DNA from: an uncultured delta proteobacterium
GTDB taxonomy: Bacteria; Myxococcota_A; Polyangia; Polyangiales; Polyangiaceae
DNA length: 64,000 nt
Direction of reading: 5' to 3'
NCBI GenBank assembly: GCA_963716725.1
Contig: CAVQUB010000011.1
Location: 64,001-128,000, forward strand
Part shown: positions 39,052 through 49,092 of the stretch, in pieces
How the letters are laid out: the number at the start of each line of letters is the position of its first letter
Position numbering within the stretch: the first letter of the stretch is position 1
Position numbers and translations under genes: made by a program
Notes under the pieces: generated by a model
Told to the model about the DNA's origin: nothing
Databases searched by the model: none
What the model saw: the letters and a program-made list of their open reading frames with translations, nothing else

Positions 39052-41629
39052 TCCGGCTCTTGAGCCGCGCGACGAAGGAAAGCGCGTCGAGGGGAGTCAT
39101 GCGTTCGACGTCGACGGCGCGCAGCGTCTCGAGCACCTCGCGCTGCTTGGGATCGTCGACCTCGGACTTCTGGAACAAGGAGAGCTGCGGCTCCGAGCGA
39201 CCGGGCCGGCGCGCGTCCCTGCCCTCGCCCTCGAGCCCCACCAGGATGGCTTTCGCCCGGGCCAGCACTGACTCGGGCAACCCCGCCAGCCGCGCCACGG
39301 CGATGCCGTAAGAACGGCTGGCCGCTCCCGGAACCAAACGGTGGAGGAAGACCACTTCGTCCCCCGATTCGCGAGCGCTCACGCAGTGGTTGGCGACGTG
39401 CTCGCTCGCGCCCGCGAGGGCCGTGAGCTCGTGGTAGTGAGTAGCGAAGAGCGCGCGACACTGCACCGCCTCGTCGATGTGCTCGGCGACCGCCCAGGCG
39501 ATCGCGAGCCCGTCGTAGGTGCTGGTTCCTCGGCCGATTTCGTCCAAGATCACCAGCGAGCGCCGCGTCGCGCGCTGGAGGATCTCACCGGTTTCACGCA
39601 TCTCGACCATGAACGTGCTCTCGCCGCGCGCGACGTCGTCGCTGGCCCCCACCCGCGAGAGCACGCGATCGACCACGCCGATGCGCGCCCGTCCAGCCGG
39701 AACGAAGCTCCCGATCTGAGCCAACACGACCGCGAGGGCGGTCTGCCGAAGCAGCGTGCTCTTGCCCGCCATGTTGGGCCCCGTGATCAGCCACAGTCGC
39801 TCGTGCTCGAGAGAAAGCCGCACGTCGTTGGGCACGAAGCGCCCCTTGGCCGCCAGGCGCTCGACCACCGGGTGGCGGCTCTCCTCGAGCTCGAGCAGAT
39901 CCGAGTCGTCCACCTCGGGCCGCGAGTAGTCGTGGCGATGAGCGACCTCGGCCAGGCCGGCGGCAACGTCCCAGCGCGCGACGCGCCGGGCGAACTCGAC
40001 GACTCGGTCGCCGCTGTCGGCGACCCGGCGCACCAGCTTCTTGATCAGCTCGAGCTCCCGCTCGCGATGCCGCTCTTCCGCGGTGGTGATCTTGTCGGCG
40101 AGCTCGTCGAGTTCGGGATTCGTGTAGCGTTCACCCGTCGCGACGGTCTGCTTGCGCCGCCACTCTTTGGGCGCCTTGCCCGCCTGCGCCCGGGAGACCT
40201 CGATGTACCAGCCAAACACCCGCGTGTAGCGCAGCTTGAGCGTGGGGATGCCCGTGCCTTCACGCAGGCGGGACTCGAGCTCCACCATGCGTTCGGCGCC
40301 GTGCTTCTGCAGCGCGTCGCTCTCGTCGAGCTCGACGTCGTAGCCGGGCGCGAAGACCGCCCCCTCCTTGGCCTGCGCCGGCGGCCGCTCGACCAGCGCG
40401 CGTCGCAGCTCGTCGGCGAGATCGGCGCAGAGATCGAGCTCGGTGCCGAGGCCCAGCGCCTCGCGCCCCGCAGCGTCGTTCACCGACCCGAGCACCTCGA
40501 CGCCGCGGGCCGACGCCGAGAGACCGTCCCGGAGCGATCCCAGCTCGCGGGGGTTGGCTTCCCCCAGGGTTGCGCGCGCCACGATGCGCTCCATGTCCGT
40601 GACGTCGGCCAGGCATTTGCGCAGATCGGCCCGGAGCCGCGAGTGCACCACGAACAGCTCCACCTGATCGTGGCGGCGTCGGATGCTTTCGACGTCCAGG
40701 AGCGGGGCTAGGAGTCGGCGACGCAAGAGGCGCGCTCCCATCGCGGTCTGCGTGTCGTCGATCACGCCGAGCAAGGTCGCCTGCCGGAGGCCGGACCATG
40801 ACTCGACCAGCTCCAGGTGCCGTTGAGCCACGCTGTCGATCACCATGTGCGCGTGAGGATCCCAGCGGGCGATCCGCCGGAGCGGGAGCTCGGAACCAGG
40901 GGTGCAGGCTCGGGCAAAACGCAGGACCCGCGCCGCAGCCCGGCGCCCCAGCGCGCCCGCGAAGCCGGCGTCTCCGCTGAGCTCGCCGAGGTCCGCCGCG
41001 AGGTCCTGGTCTTCGACCGGGGGATCCTCCCTGAGGGCCGCCAGGGGCACGGTCGCGCGGAGTGCTGCCAGCGCTCCCTCGTCGCTCACTCCGGGCGCCG
41101 AACCCACCAGGATCTCCCGCGGCGCCGCCCGACTGAGCTCGGAGAGCAAGCGCGCGAGATCGCCGACCTCGGTCGCGGCCAGCTCGCCGGTCGACAGGTC
41201 GAAGAGCGCGACCCCGACGCTCCCGCTCCCAAGCTCGAGGGCAGCGAGCCAATTGTTGGCTCGCGCGTCGAGCTGGTCGCGATCGCTGATCAGGCCCGGA
41301 GTGATCACGCGCACCACCTCGCGCGGCACGATGCCACGCACCTTGGAGGGATCCGCCATCTGCTCGCAAATGGCGACCTTGTGCCCCAGCTCGAGCAGCT
41401 TGGCGATGTACTGGTGGGCGGCGTGGTGCGGCACGCCCGCCATCGGCACCTCGTCGGGCTTGCCGCGGTTGCGGCTGGTCAGCGTCAGGTCCAGAGCGCG
41501 CGCGCACAACACCGCGTCGTCGCCGAACATCTCGTAGAAGTCGCCGAGCCGGAAGAAGACGACGGCGTCGGGGTGGACCCGCTTGGCCGCGGCGTGTTGC
41601 TGCATCACGGGCGTGTTCGGCCCGGCCAT
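39044..41629 (-). CDS. mutS: DNA mismatch repair protein MutS
   Basis: TPVMQQ, FRLGDFYEMF, GPNMAGKST, STFMVEM, DEIGRGTST, FATHYHEL, SYGIAVA. Confidence 0.98.
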   Translation of the reverse strand: MAGPNTPVMQQHAAAKRVHPDAVVFFRLGDFYEMFGDDAVLCARALDLTLTSRNRGKPDEVPMAGVPHHAAHQYIAKLLELGHKVAICEQMADPSKVRGIVPREVVRVITPGLISDRDQLDARANNWLAALELGSGSVGVALFDLSTGELAATEVGDLARLLSELSRAAPREILVGSAPGVSDEGALAALRATVPLAALREDPPVEDQDLAADLGELSGDAGFAGALGRRAAARVLRFARACTPGSELPLRRIARWDPHAHMVIDSVAQRHLELVESWSGLRQATLLGVIDDTQTAMGARLLRRRLLAPLLDVESIRRRHDQVELFVVHSRLRADLRKCLADVTDMERIVARATLGEANPRELGSLRDGLSASARGVEVLGSVNDAAGREALGLGTELDLCADLADELRRALVERPPAQAKEGAVFAPGYDVELDESDALQKHGAERMVELESRLREGTGIPTLKLRYTRVFGWYIEVSRAQAGKAPKEWRRKQTVATGERYTNPELDELADKITTAEERHRERELELIKKLVRRVADSGDRVVEFARRVARWDVAAGLAEVAHRHDYSRPEVDDSDLLELEESRHPVVERLAAKGRFVPNDVRLSLEHERLWLITGPNMAGKSTLLRQTALAVVLAQIGSFVPAGRARIGVVDRVLSRVGASDDVARGESTFMVEMRETGEILQRATRRSLVILDEIGRGTSTYDGLAIAWAVAEHIDEAVQCRALFATHYHELTALAGASEHVANHCVSARESGDEVVFLHRLVPGAASRSYGIAVARLAGLPESVLARAKAILVGLEGEGRDARRPGRSEPQLSLFQKSEVDDPKQREVLETLRAVDVERMTPLDALSFVARLKSRIT

Positions 41630-41659
41630 CTCAGTCGGCTCCAGCCGTCGCCCGAGCCA

Positions 41660-44600
41660 TCAGAAGAAGAGCCTCGAGACCGCCACCGAGTCCAGGCTCA
41701 CGAGCACGAGCCCCTGCGACGCGCCGTCCGCCACCGCCAGCTGGCCGATCTGTGGAACGAAGACCATCGACTGAGGAGAGACAGCGCGGCTCTGCGCGGC
41801 GAGGTTCGCCGTCAGCGGTGTGAAGCCGCCCACGACCGTCCAACGGAAGGCCATGCCGCGCTCGCTCGCCTCGTTGCCGCGATACACCGCAAAACGGTGG
41901 GTCAAGTTCTGGAAGATGCAGGACTCGCCGGGCTTGCCCGGTGCGAGGGGCCCGCTCTTGTCTAGAACACAGGCGACATCCGCGCCGGTCGCGGGACCGA
42001 TGGGGCACTTTCCGCTGCCTTCTTTGGGCAACGCGCAATCCTTGGCGGCGACTTCGAACACTCGGCTCTCGAGCTGGGCCCGACGCGGGTTGCAGTCGGG
42101 CTCGCAGCGCAGATCGTCGGTGCCGGACACCGGCGTCGCGACGACGTCGTGGCGGAAACCGCTGCCGCTGCCCGTGAGCACCCACTGGTGGCCGGGCCGA
42201 ACCTCGTAGGCGACGGCGGACCCGCCGCCCATGCAGCAGAAGAAGAGCTCGACGGTGCGGGCGCGCTCGGCTTCGTCAGCGAAGGCCCTGGGCTCGACGA
42301 CCAGCCGGTCCTGATACGCCTCGACGACGCGCAGATCACGAAGCGCAGTCGGCGCGTCCACCGGACCGAATGCGCCACGACACTTGAGATACGCCGCTTT
42401 CCCGCTGGACCCGCCGCAGCTCGCGCCAGCGCCGCTGACCCAGTACGACGAACCTTCGTTCGGGATGCTCTGGGTGACAGTCACCACGTCCGCATGGCGA
42501 CGCGCGAAGGCCGGGAGCTCTCCCGCCGGAACGCCGAGCTTCTGGCCCACCGTGCTGGCGAAGGCCATGTCCTGCACACCGCGGTTGCAGAACGCGGCGT
42601 CCCCGTCACGGACCACGGCCGACTCCCAGTTCGGAAAGCCGGTCTTGCGCTCGGACACGATGGTGCCTTCGTATTCGAGCTTCATCTCCTCGTCGCCACC
42701 GAAGGCTCGGGGCTCCGCGAAGACCAAGCCGACCGAACCGCGCTCGGCGGACTTCGGATCCACGGCCAGCACATTGGCAGGGTTCGGAGCGCTGGCGGAT
42801 GGGCTCCGGTACAGCGTCGTCCCGACGTGAACCTCCGCGGGCTGAGTCCCACCCTCGGGGTTGGCAAACTCCACGGCCAAGAGTTTGGGGTGCCGCAGCC
42901 CTTCGTCGCTCTGGTCGAGAGCCAAGCTCCCGCCTCCGGGCGCGCCGAGCTTGGGCAAGCTCCTGAGCGACGGCGCGTTGACGCCGACGTCTCCGCCGTT
43001 GACGAGCATGCGCCCGCTGCGGGCGCGATGCTGCTCGACGACGCGGCACGAGAGTTCGGCGCTCACGGTGCGTTTTCCCGCGGCCGTCTTGTCCAGGCTG
43101 AAAAACTCGGGTTCTTCCCCGTCGCCCGCGCAGCCCCGGAAGTCGTCGGTCACAGCAGAGTTGGTCGAGACGGGTCGCCGGCAGGCCGCGTCGAAGTCCT
43201 CGACGTCGATGACTGCGACCTGGCCACTCGCGAGCATGATCATTCCGAAGACACCACGGAGATTCCTGGGGGCAGCCCCCTGCGTATAGTCGTAGTTCGG
43301 TCGGTACTTTGCCGCGGGATCGCTGGTCGCCAGATCCGGATTCGGGTCGCACGAGGTCCCGATGGTGGCGATCCCAGTCTCGGGATCGGCGATGGGCACG
43401 TCGCGGAGCACGAACCCGACGTCCCGGGCCGGAGCTCCAAACGAGACGCGATCCGCGGGCTCGAAGGGCAGACGTGGCGCGCCCGGGCGGACGATGGGAG
43501 TCCGATCGGCCTGGCCAGGCGTCACGTCGAAGATCATCACGCTGCCGTCGAAGTCGTCGATGGCGTAAGCGAATTTCTGACCCGTCGTCGTGGCCGGACT
43601 GACCGCGACCTGACTCGTGGTGACGATCCGATTCTGGCTCTCGTAGGAGACGGGCCGCAGCGGTGGGTCCTGTCGGGGGGAGCAGGGGTCGGACACGTCC
43701 ACGACGTGCACGGCGGGGGAGCCGCGGTCCGATACGAAGAGGCGTCCGCCATCGAGTTCGATGCCGGCGGGCTGCGAGATGAAGCTGTCGGGAATGGGAC
43801 CGTAGTTGACGACCGGAAAGCCGCAGCCGGGTGCCTGCAGGTCCGCGGGCACCTTTTGCAGCACCGCATCGTCGAGCTTGGGTTCGAGGGCGATAAAGCG
43901 TTCGATGTCGCAGGGCTTGTAGCTGCCGGGCTCGCGATCGAGCACGCCTTGGGCATCGATTACCGCAAAGCCCCCGAGTGCCGGCAGGGTCACGATCAGC
44001 TTGCGCCGCCCCGCCGGCGCCTTCTCGAGCGCGAGATCCGCAGGGCACTCGGCGCGAGCGGCCGCCAGTGCGGTACCGGGTGTCGCGGCCTCGACGCTCG
44101 GCGCGGCATCGCAGCTGGCGCGGACGGGCGCTGGAGTGGCGGGGTTCGCGTCGTCGTCCGGCGCCGGCGGGTCGATGACGACTGCCATCTCTCCCGGGGC
44201 GACGGGCAGCGCGCACGCCGACCACCCGACGAGATCGTGGGCCGGGGGCCGCGCACAGCTGGTCGGAATGGCGAAGATGCCTTCCTTGCCCACCTCGGCG
44301 ACGCCGACGAAGCTCGCCACGCCGCCGGGCGTCGAGACGATATCCACGGGGTTCTCGCCCACCGGGATGAAGCTGAACCCCGGCGTCGCTGGATCGAGGT
44401 CCATCACCTTGCCCGCGCTCAGGTCGACGACCGCGACTTCGCCCCGCAGCGTCTGGGTGACCAGGGCGTACAAGTGCCGGCGGTTTTCGTTGTTCTCGAA
44501 GTCGGGGCAGGCGTCGATGTCGTGGCCGACGCCCTCCTGGTCCGCGCACACGAACGACACCTCCCCGCTGCGCTCCAGGGAGCGGAGCGGCACGGCCACG

Positions 44601-44677
44601 GGGGTCTCGGTGCAACCGAGCCCCACTACGGCGGCCACCGCCAGGGCGGCAAATGGAAGCTTGGACTCCGGGCTCAT
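41660..44677 (-). CDS. Large (~1005 aa) hypothetical lipoprotein, beta-propeller-like
   Basis: MSPESKLPFAALAVAAVVGLGC lipobox; repeated strand motifs (GEVAVVDL, PVGENPVDI, AVHVVDV, GQVAVIDV); ATGA overlap with the upstream gene. Confidence 0.8.
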   Translation of the reverse strand: MSPESKLPFAALAVAAVVGLGCTETPVAVPLRSLERSGEVSFVCADQEGVGHDIDACPDFENNENRRHLYALVTQTLRGEVAVVDLSAGKVMDLDPATPGFSFIPVGENPVDIVSTPGGVASFVGVAEVGKEGIFAIPTSCARPPAHDLVGWSACALPVAPGEMAVVIDPPAPDDDANPATPAPVRASCDAAPSVEAATPGTALAAARAECPADLALEKAPAGRRKLIVTLPALGGFAVIDAQGVLDREPGSYKPCDIERFIALEPKLDDAVLQKVPADLQAPGCGFPVVNYGPIPDSFISQPAGIELDGGRLFVSDRGSPAVHVVDVSDPCSPRQDPPLRPVSYESQNRIVTTSQVAVSPATTTGQKFAYAIDDFDGSVMIFDVTPGQADRTPIVRPGAPRLPFEPADRVSFGAPARDVGFVLRDVPIADPETGIATIGTSCDPNPDLATSDPAAKYRPNYDYTQGAAPRNLRGVFGMIMLASGQVAVIDVEDFDAACRRPVSTNSAVTDDFRGCAGDGEEPEFFSLDKTAAGKRTVSAELSCRVVEQHRARSGRMLVNGGDVGVNAPSLRSLPKLGAPGGGSLALDQSDEGLRHPKLLAVEFANPEGGTQPAEVHVGTTLYRSPSASAPNPANVLAVDPKSAERGSVGLVFAEPRAFGGDEEMKLEYEGTIVSERKTGFPNWESAVVRDGDAAFCNRGVQDMAFASTVGQKLGVPAGELPAFARRHADVVTVTQSIPNEGSSYWVSGAGASCGGSSGKAAYLKCRGAFGPVDAPTALRDLRVVEAYQDRLVVEPRAFADEAERARTVELFFCCMGGGSAVAYEVRPGHQWVLTGSGSGFRHDVVATPVSGTDDLRCEPDCNPRRAQLESRVFEVAAKDCALPKEGSGKCPIGPATGADVACVLDKSGPLAPGKPGESCIFQNLTHRFAVYRGNEASERGMAFRWTVVGGFTPLTANLAAQSRAVSPQSMVFVPQIGQLAVADGASQGLVLVSLDSVAVSRLFF

Positions 44678-46341
44678 TTGCTGGCCCTCGGAGCGCTCGG
44701 GCGGCCCAGGGTGGTCAGGATGGTGCCGAAGGTGGTGTTGCGCATGTCCAAGTCGACGACCCCAATGTAGGAGTCGGTGAAGTGCGCGACGTAGGCGTGA
44801 GCGTAGCTCGGCGCGCCACTGGCATCGGCGCCGAGCTCCGTCACGAAGCCGTGGGGACCGCGACCGGTTTCGATCCAGTCCTCCATGGCGTGGGTCGCCG
44901 GGTTGTAGACACCCACCTTGCGCGAGTCGAAGCACACCACGAAGACCCGGGTGTGGGGCGCACCGTCGAGTCCAATGACCTTGCCGACCACGACACGCGA
45001 CGGGCCGAAGCTGAGCGGGATGCTCTCTTGCAACTTCGGAAGATCGTCATTCGAGAACAGCCCTTGGTTCGGACGCGTCTCGCCGACCAGCAACGAGGAG
45101 GGAGCGCGATTGGCGATGTAGACGCGGATCGGAACGCCCGCACACTCCGACAGACAAGTCGTGCGCGCGTCGCCCGCCCCGCCCGGACACGCGATCTCGC
45201 AGGCCTTGCGCTCGTCGCCGTCGATGGCGATCCCGCGGGAGTCGACGCCCAGGGAGTTCGCGGTGATGGCAGCCGAGCCCGCGACCTGCATGAAGGGCCG
45301 GGCAGGCTTCGACGCGGCGTCGGAAAAATACCGGAGCAGATTGACCTGGGCGGCGTCGCGGAAAGTGACGAGGAAGCCCGGGTCGTAGGGGACCTTCAGC
45401 TCTTGCGCGAGCGCGGGCGGGGGCAGCGCCGCCACGCCGATGACTCGTTGGGGCATGCCCCCGGCGATGAAGTTGAGCTTGGGCCCATCGCCCAGGCTCG
45501 CCTCACCGTCCCCCCAAGAGGCGGCGTCATTCACGAACAGCGACGCCGCGCCTTCGGTCTGGTGGGTCACGACGATCGCCTCCCCGTCCGGGGTCGCGGC
45601 GATCCCGAAGGGTTCCGGCGCGAGGCGCAAATCTCGGGTGTTCTCCTGATCTGGGTCGTCCCCTCGCCGGTGCGCGTCGTCGCAGTCCCCGCCGTTGGCG
45701 CCTTGACCGCAGTCGAGCTCGAAAGGAACGGCCGGCGCCTCGCTGTCGTCCACCACGTCGATGTAGTGAAGCGTCGCGTCGCCCCGCACCGGGATGAAGA
45801 GCCTGCCCCCGGGGCCCGTGGGGCGCGACCGGTAGATCACGTCGGTGGCAAACGCGCCGATGCCGACCTTCCCGACCACCAGGCTCGGTCCGCCATCTTG
45901 CGGCCTGATGTGGTTGACGTGCCCGCAACGCCCGGGAAACAGCAGCTTGCTCGCAGGCCCTTTCTCGCCGTACGGGCCGCAAGGCTTTCCGGCGTGAGGA
46001 CCGCTCGCGTCGACGCACCAACGACTCGGGTGACCGCCGTTCTCGTCGGTCGGGAGCAGATCGCAGACTCTGCCCGACTCCGAACAGTCGGCGTCTTCGT
46101 CACAAGCCTTGGGCACCACCTCTCTCACGCGGGTGAGATCCAACGCTTGGAGGGCACCCCCGTTGTACTGAAGGTCGAAGTCGCTGTTCACGACGTAGAG
46201 CCGCGTCCCGGCCGGCGTCAGCGCCAGACCCACCGGGAAGTAGATCCGGTCGAGCGGTGGTTCGACGCCTCCACCCTGGTCGTAGCAGCCAGTGAGCGCG
46301 AGCGTGACGAGCGCTATGAAGCGCGAGGACCATCGGAGCAT
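44674..46341 (-). CDS. YncE/YVTN-like beta-propeller lipoprotein
   Basis: LTGC lipobox; FPVGLALTPAGTRLYVVNSDFD, PEPFGIAATPDG, TGRGPHG, YIGVVDLD. Confidence 0.8.
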   Translation of the reverse strand: MLRWSSRFIALVTLALTGCYDQGGGVEPPLDRIYFPVGLALTPAGTRLYVVNSDFDLQYNGGALQALDLTRVREVVPKACDEDADCSESGRVCDLLPTDENGGHPSRWCVDASGPHAGKPCGPYGEKGPASKLLFPGRCGHVNHIRPQDGGPSLVVGKVGIGAFATDVIYRSRPTGPGGRLFIPVRGDATLHYIDVVDDSEAPAVPFELDCGQGANGGDCDDAHRRGDDPDQENTRDLRLAPEPFGIAATPDGEAIVVTHQTEGAASLFVNDAASWGDGEASLGDGPKLNFIAGGMPQRVIGVAALPPPALAQELKVPYDPGFLVTFRDAAQVNLLRYFSDAASKPARPFMQVAGSAAITANSLGVDSRGIAIDGDERKACEIACPGGAGDARTTCLSECAGVPIRVYIANRAPSSLLVGETRPNQGLFSNDDLPKLQESIPLSFGPSRVVVGKVIGLDGAPHTRVFVVCFDSRKVGVYNPATHAMEDWIETGRGPHGFVTELGADASGAPSYAHAYVAHFTDSYIGVVDLDMRNTTFGTILTTLGRPSAPRASK

Positions 46342-46397
46342 TCGGGCTGGCGCAGCCTAGTCAAGTCGCGGGGCCCGCGCGACTGTTTCAGCGGGTT

Positions 46398-46583
46398 TCA
46401 AACCAGGTCGAGGATGATGACTCCGCGTTCCCGGTCGTCGTCCTCTTCAGGCTCGGGGTCCGGGCGGCGCCGCGGCGGAATGGCGTCCACCGGCAGCTCG
46501 AGTCGGGGCTGCTGCTCGTCACGACGTCGCAGCTCTTCCTCTTCGCGCCGACGGATCTGGTCGATGATGAAGGGGGGTAGCAT
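46398..46583 (-). CDS. Small (61 aa) charged hypothetical protein
   Basis: MLPPFIIDQIRRREEE...RGVIILDLV; fills the intergenic gap and has its own sigma70-like promoter. Confidence 0.75.
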   Translation of the reverse strand: MLPPFIIDQIRRREEEELRRRDEQQPRLELPVDAIPPRRRPDPEPEEDDDRERGVIILDLV

Positions 46584-46616
46584 TGCGGTCTCGGTGATGG
46601 ACCTACTCTGCCAGAC

Positions 46617-46644
46617 AATCTAGCGCCCCTACGGATGCGGTCAA
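46617..46644 (-). promoter_or_regulatory. Sigma70-type promoter for the small-protein/lipoprotein cluster
   Basis: Minus strand TTGACC-N16-TAGATT, ending 33 nt before the ATG at 46583. Confidence 0.65.
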
Positions 46645-46725
46645 GTTCAGGAAACCGCGGACTTTTTGCACGAGCCCGGCCAGGGTCCCGAACCGACAGG
46701 TGGGCCGTGGTAGGTTCGGCGGCTG

Positions 46726-48066
46726 ATGCGGGCTCACGCCGCGAAATACCTCCGGCTTCTTGGGCTCCTGACGCTGGTCCTCGGGATTTCGTGGCCGGCG
46801 CGCGCAGGCGCTGCGGCTTTCGATTTCAACGACTCCAGCTGGGAGGGCGGCAGCGAATTCCTGGCGCTGGCCCGGACCCGCCTGGGCAGCTCGCGGGTCG
46901 AAATCCTGGCCACCGTCGACTGGGAGCGCCTGCGCCCGGCCGACGCCGTGCTCTTCATGCACCCGACCGTCGAGGTGGACTACGACGAGGCGAGCGCTTT
47001 TCTCCGCGCTGGCGGGCGCGTCGCGGTGCTCGACGATTTCGGCAAGGGCGACGCCCTGCTGAGTCGCTTTCACATCCGAAGGATCACCGCGCCGCTGCGT
47101 CCGGCACGGGCGCTGCGCGACAACCCCAACTACGCCATCGCGATCCCGTCGGTGCAGGTCGTGGCGGGTCAAGAGCAAGGGCGCCATCCGGTGGTCGCGC
47201 AGGTTCGCGAGCTGGTCACCAACCACCCGGCGGCCTTCACCCACCCGAACCTCACCCCCGTGCTCGAGCTGCCCGCGCAAGGCGAGCCCAGCGCGACGCT
47301 GGCCGTGACCGGCATCATCGTGAACCGCGGCCGCTTGTTTGCGATGGCCGACCCCTCGGCGACCATGAACCTGATGCTGCGCTACCCGGGCAATCGGTCG
47401 TTTGCCGAGGGCTTGGTCGACTACTTGGTCGAGGACGACACTTGGGGACAACGGGGCGGCAAGCTCTACCTCGTCGCCAACGACTTCAGGCAACGCGGCG
47501 CCTACGGCGGCGGCACCAGCATCGGGCAAGAGTTCAAGGATCAACTCGATGGCTTCCAAGACATGGTCTCCAAGGTGCACGACGACGGTCTGCCCGACGT
47601 GCTCGCGCTCTTCTTGTCGGTCCTCGCCGGCGTCGTCGCCGTCGGTTGGGCCGTCTCGTCGTCGCTGAAGGTCTACCGCCGTTCGCCACCGCGCTACGCG
47701 GCAGCACAGCTGATGGTGGCCCAGGGTGGCGTCGCGGGGCGAGCCGCGGTCCTCGGCGCCCCGACCACCCACCGGGCTCTGGTGCTGCTCGAGCTGAAGA
47801 GCGCGTTGGAGGAGGGACTCAGCGAGCGCCTGGGGCTGCCGCCCCACACCAGCCCCGGGCAGCTGGTCGCCGAAGCCGAGCAGCGCGGCGTGCTCTCCGC
47901 CCAGAGCTTGGCAAAATTGCGTCGCTTGTTGTCGGAGCTCACGCGAGCAGAGGCGGCGGTGGCCAGCTCGCAGCCGCTCCGGGTGACGAAGGAAAGCGTG
48001 GAGAGAACCCGCCGAGGAGTGCTAGCAATCTTGTCCGAGGCCGCCGCCTCCAGGAGCGAGTCGTGA
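46726..48066 (+). CDS. DUF4350-like membrane protein (MoxR-associated)
   Basis: Signal peptide, FLRAGGRVAVLDDFG, GRLFAMADPS..N.ML...GN, C-terminal TM helix; GTGA overlap with the MoxR gene. Confidence 0.72.
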   Translation: MRAHAAKYLRLLGLLTLVLGISWPARAGAAAFDFNDSSWEGGSEFLALARTRLGSSRVEILATVDWERLRPADAVLFMHPTVEVDYDEASAFLRAGGRVAVLDDFGKGDALLSRFHIRRITAPLRPARALRDNPNYAIAIPSVQVVAGQEQGRHPVVAQVRELVTNHPAAFTHPNLTPVLELPAQGEPSATLAVTGIIVNRGRLFAMADPSATMNLMLRYPGNRSFAEGLVDYLVEDDTWGQRGGKLYLVANDFRQRGAYGGGTSIGQEFKDQLDGFQDMVSKVHDDGLPDVLALFLSVLAGVVAVGWAVSSSLKVYRRSPPRYAAAQLMVAQGGVAGRAAVLGAPTTHRALVLLELKSALEEGLSERLGLPPHTSPGQLVAEAEQRGVLSAQSLAKLRRLLSELTRAEAAVASSQPLRVTKESVERTRRGVLAILSEAAASRSES

Positions 48067-49034
48067 CTCACGCGCTGCAAACAAGTGAAATCGAGAGCGT
48101 CCGAGAGCGGCTCGCCGAGGTGCGGCGCCAAGTCACGCGCGTATACATGGGCGACGCTCTCGCCGTCGATCTCTTGCTCGTCTCTCTGCTCTCCCGCGGC
48201 CACGTCTTGCTCGAAGGCGTCCCCGGCGTGGCCAAGACCACCTTGGTCAAGGCCTTCGCCACCACCCTCGGCTGCAGCGTGCGGCGGATTCAGTTCACGC
48301 CCGACCTCCTGCCTGCGGACATCACGGGCACCTACGTGCTCAACCCCCGCGACGGCACCTTTCAACTGCGCCCCGGCCCCATCTTCGCCAACGTGGTCTT
48401 GGCCGATGAGATCAACCGGGCGCCAGCCAAGACGCAGTCCGCGCTGCTGGAGGCCATGCAAGAGCGCCAGGTCACCATCGAAGGTGACCGCTTCGAGCTG
48501 CCCGATCCTTTCTTCGTCCTGGCCACTCAGAACCCCGTGGACCTCGAAGGCACCTATCCGCTGCCCGAGGCTCAGATCGATCGTTTCTTGGTGCGGCTCC
48601 TGATGAGCTATCCCTCGCAGCGAGACGAGGTCGCGATGCTTCGGACCCACGGCGTCGTGGCTCCGGAGCCGGGTGTGGCCCTCAACCCCACCGACGTGTT
48701 GCAGGTGCAGTCCATCGCCGCTCGCGTGCACGTCGAGGAAGACCTGTTCGAGTACGCCGTGGCGCTCACGAGCTTCACGCGTACCAATCCGCGGGTCGTG
48801 CTGGGCGCCTCACCGCGCGCGTCGCTGGGCTTGATCCGCGCTGCCAAGAGCCACGCCGTCTTGGCTGGTCGCGCCTTCGTGACCCCGGACGACCTGCGCC
48901 AGGTCGCGGTTTCGGTGCTCTCCCACCGTTTGATTCTGGTGCCTGAGCTCGAAGGCGACACCCGAGCCAGGGCCTCGATTGTCGAAGAAGCGCTGGCCAA
49001 GGTCGGCCACCGGCGGGCCGTCCGCCCGGTGTAG
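48063..49034 (+). CDS. MoxR-family AAA+ ATPase
   Basis: GHVLLEGVPGVAKT, RIQFTPDLLPADITG, DEINRAPAKTQSALLEAM, ATQNP, YPLPEAQIDRF, GASPRA. Confidence 0.96.
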   Translation: MTHALQTSEIESVRERLAEVRRQVTRVYMGDALAVDLLLVSLLSRGHVLLEGVPGVAKTTLVKAFATTLGCSVRRIQFTPDLLPADITGTYVLNPRDGTFQLRPGPIFANVVLADEINRAPAKTQSALLEAMQERQVTIEGDRFELPDPFFVLATQNPVDLEGTYPLPEAQIDRFLVRLLMSYPSQRDEVAMLRTHGVVAPEPGVALNPTDVLQVQSIAARVHVEEDLFEYAVALTSFTRTNPRVVLGASPRASLGLIRAAKSHAVLAGRAFVTPDDLRQVAVSVLSHRLILVPELEGDTRARASIVEEALAKVGHRRAVRPV

Positions 49035-49092
49035 CCGGCTGTTCCGAGCTCGAAGTTGACCGACGGCGGCGACGGGGACTCTACTTTCGTCC

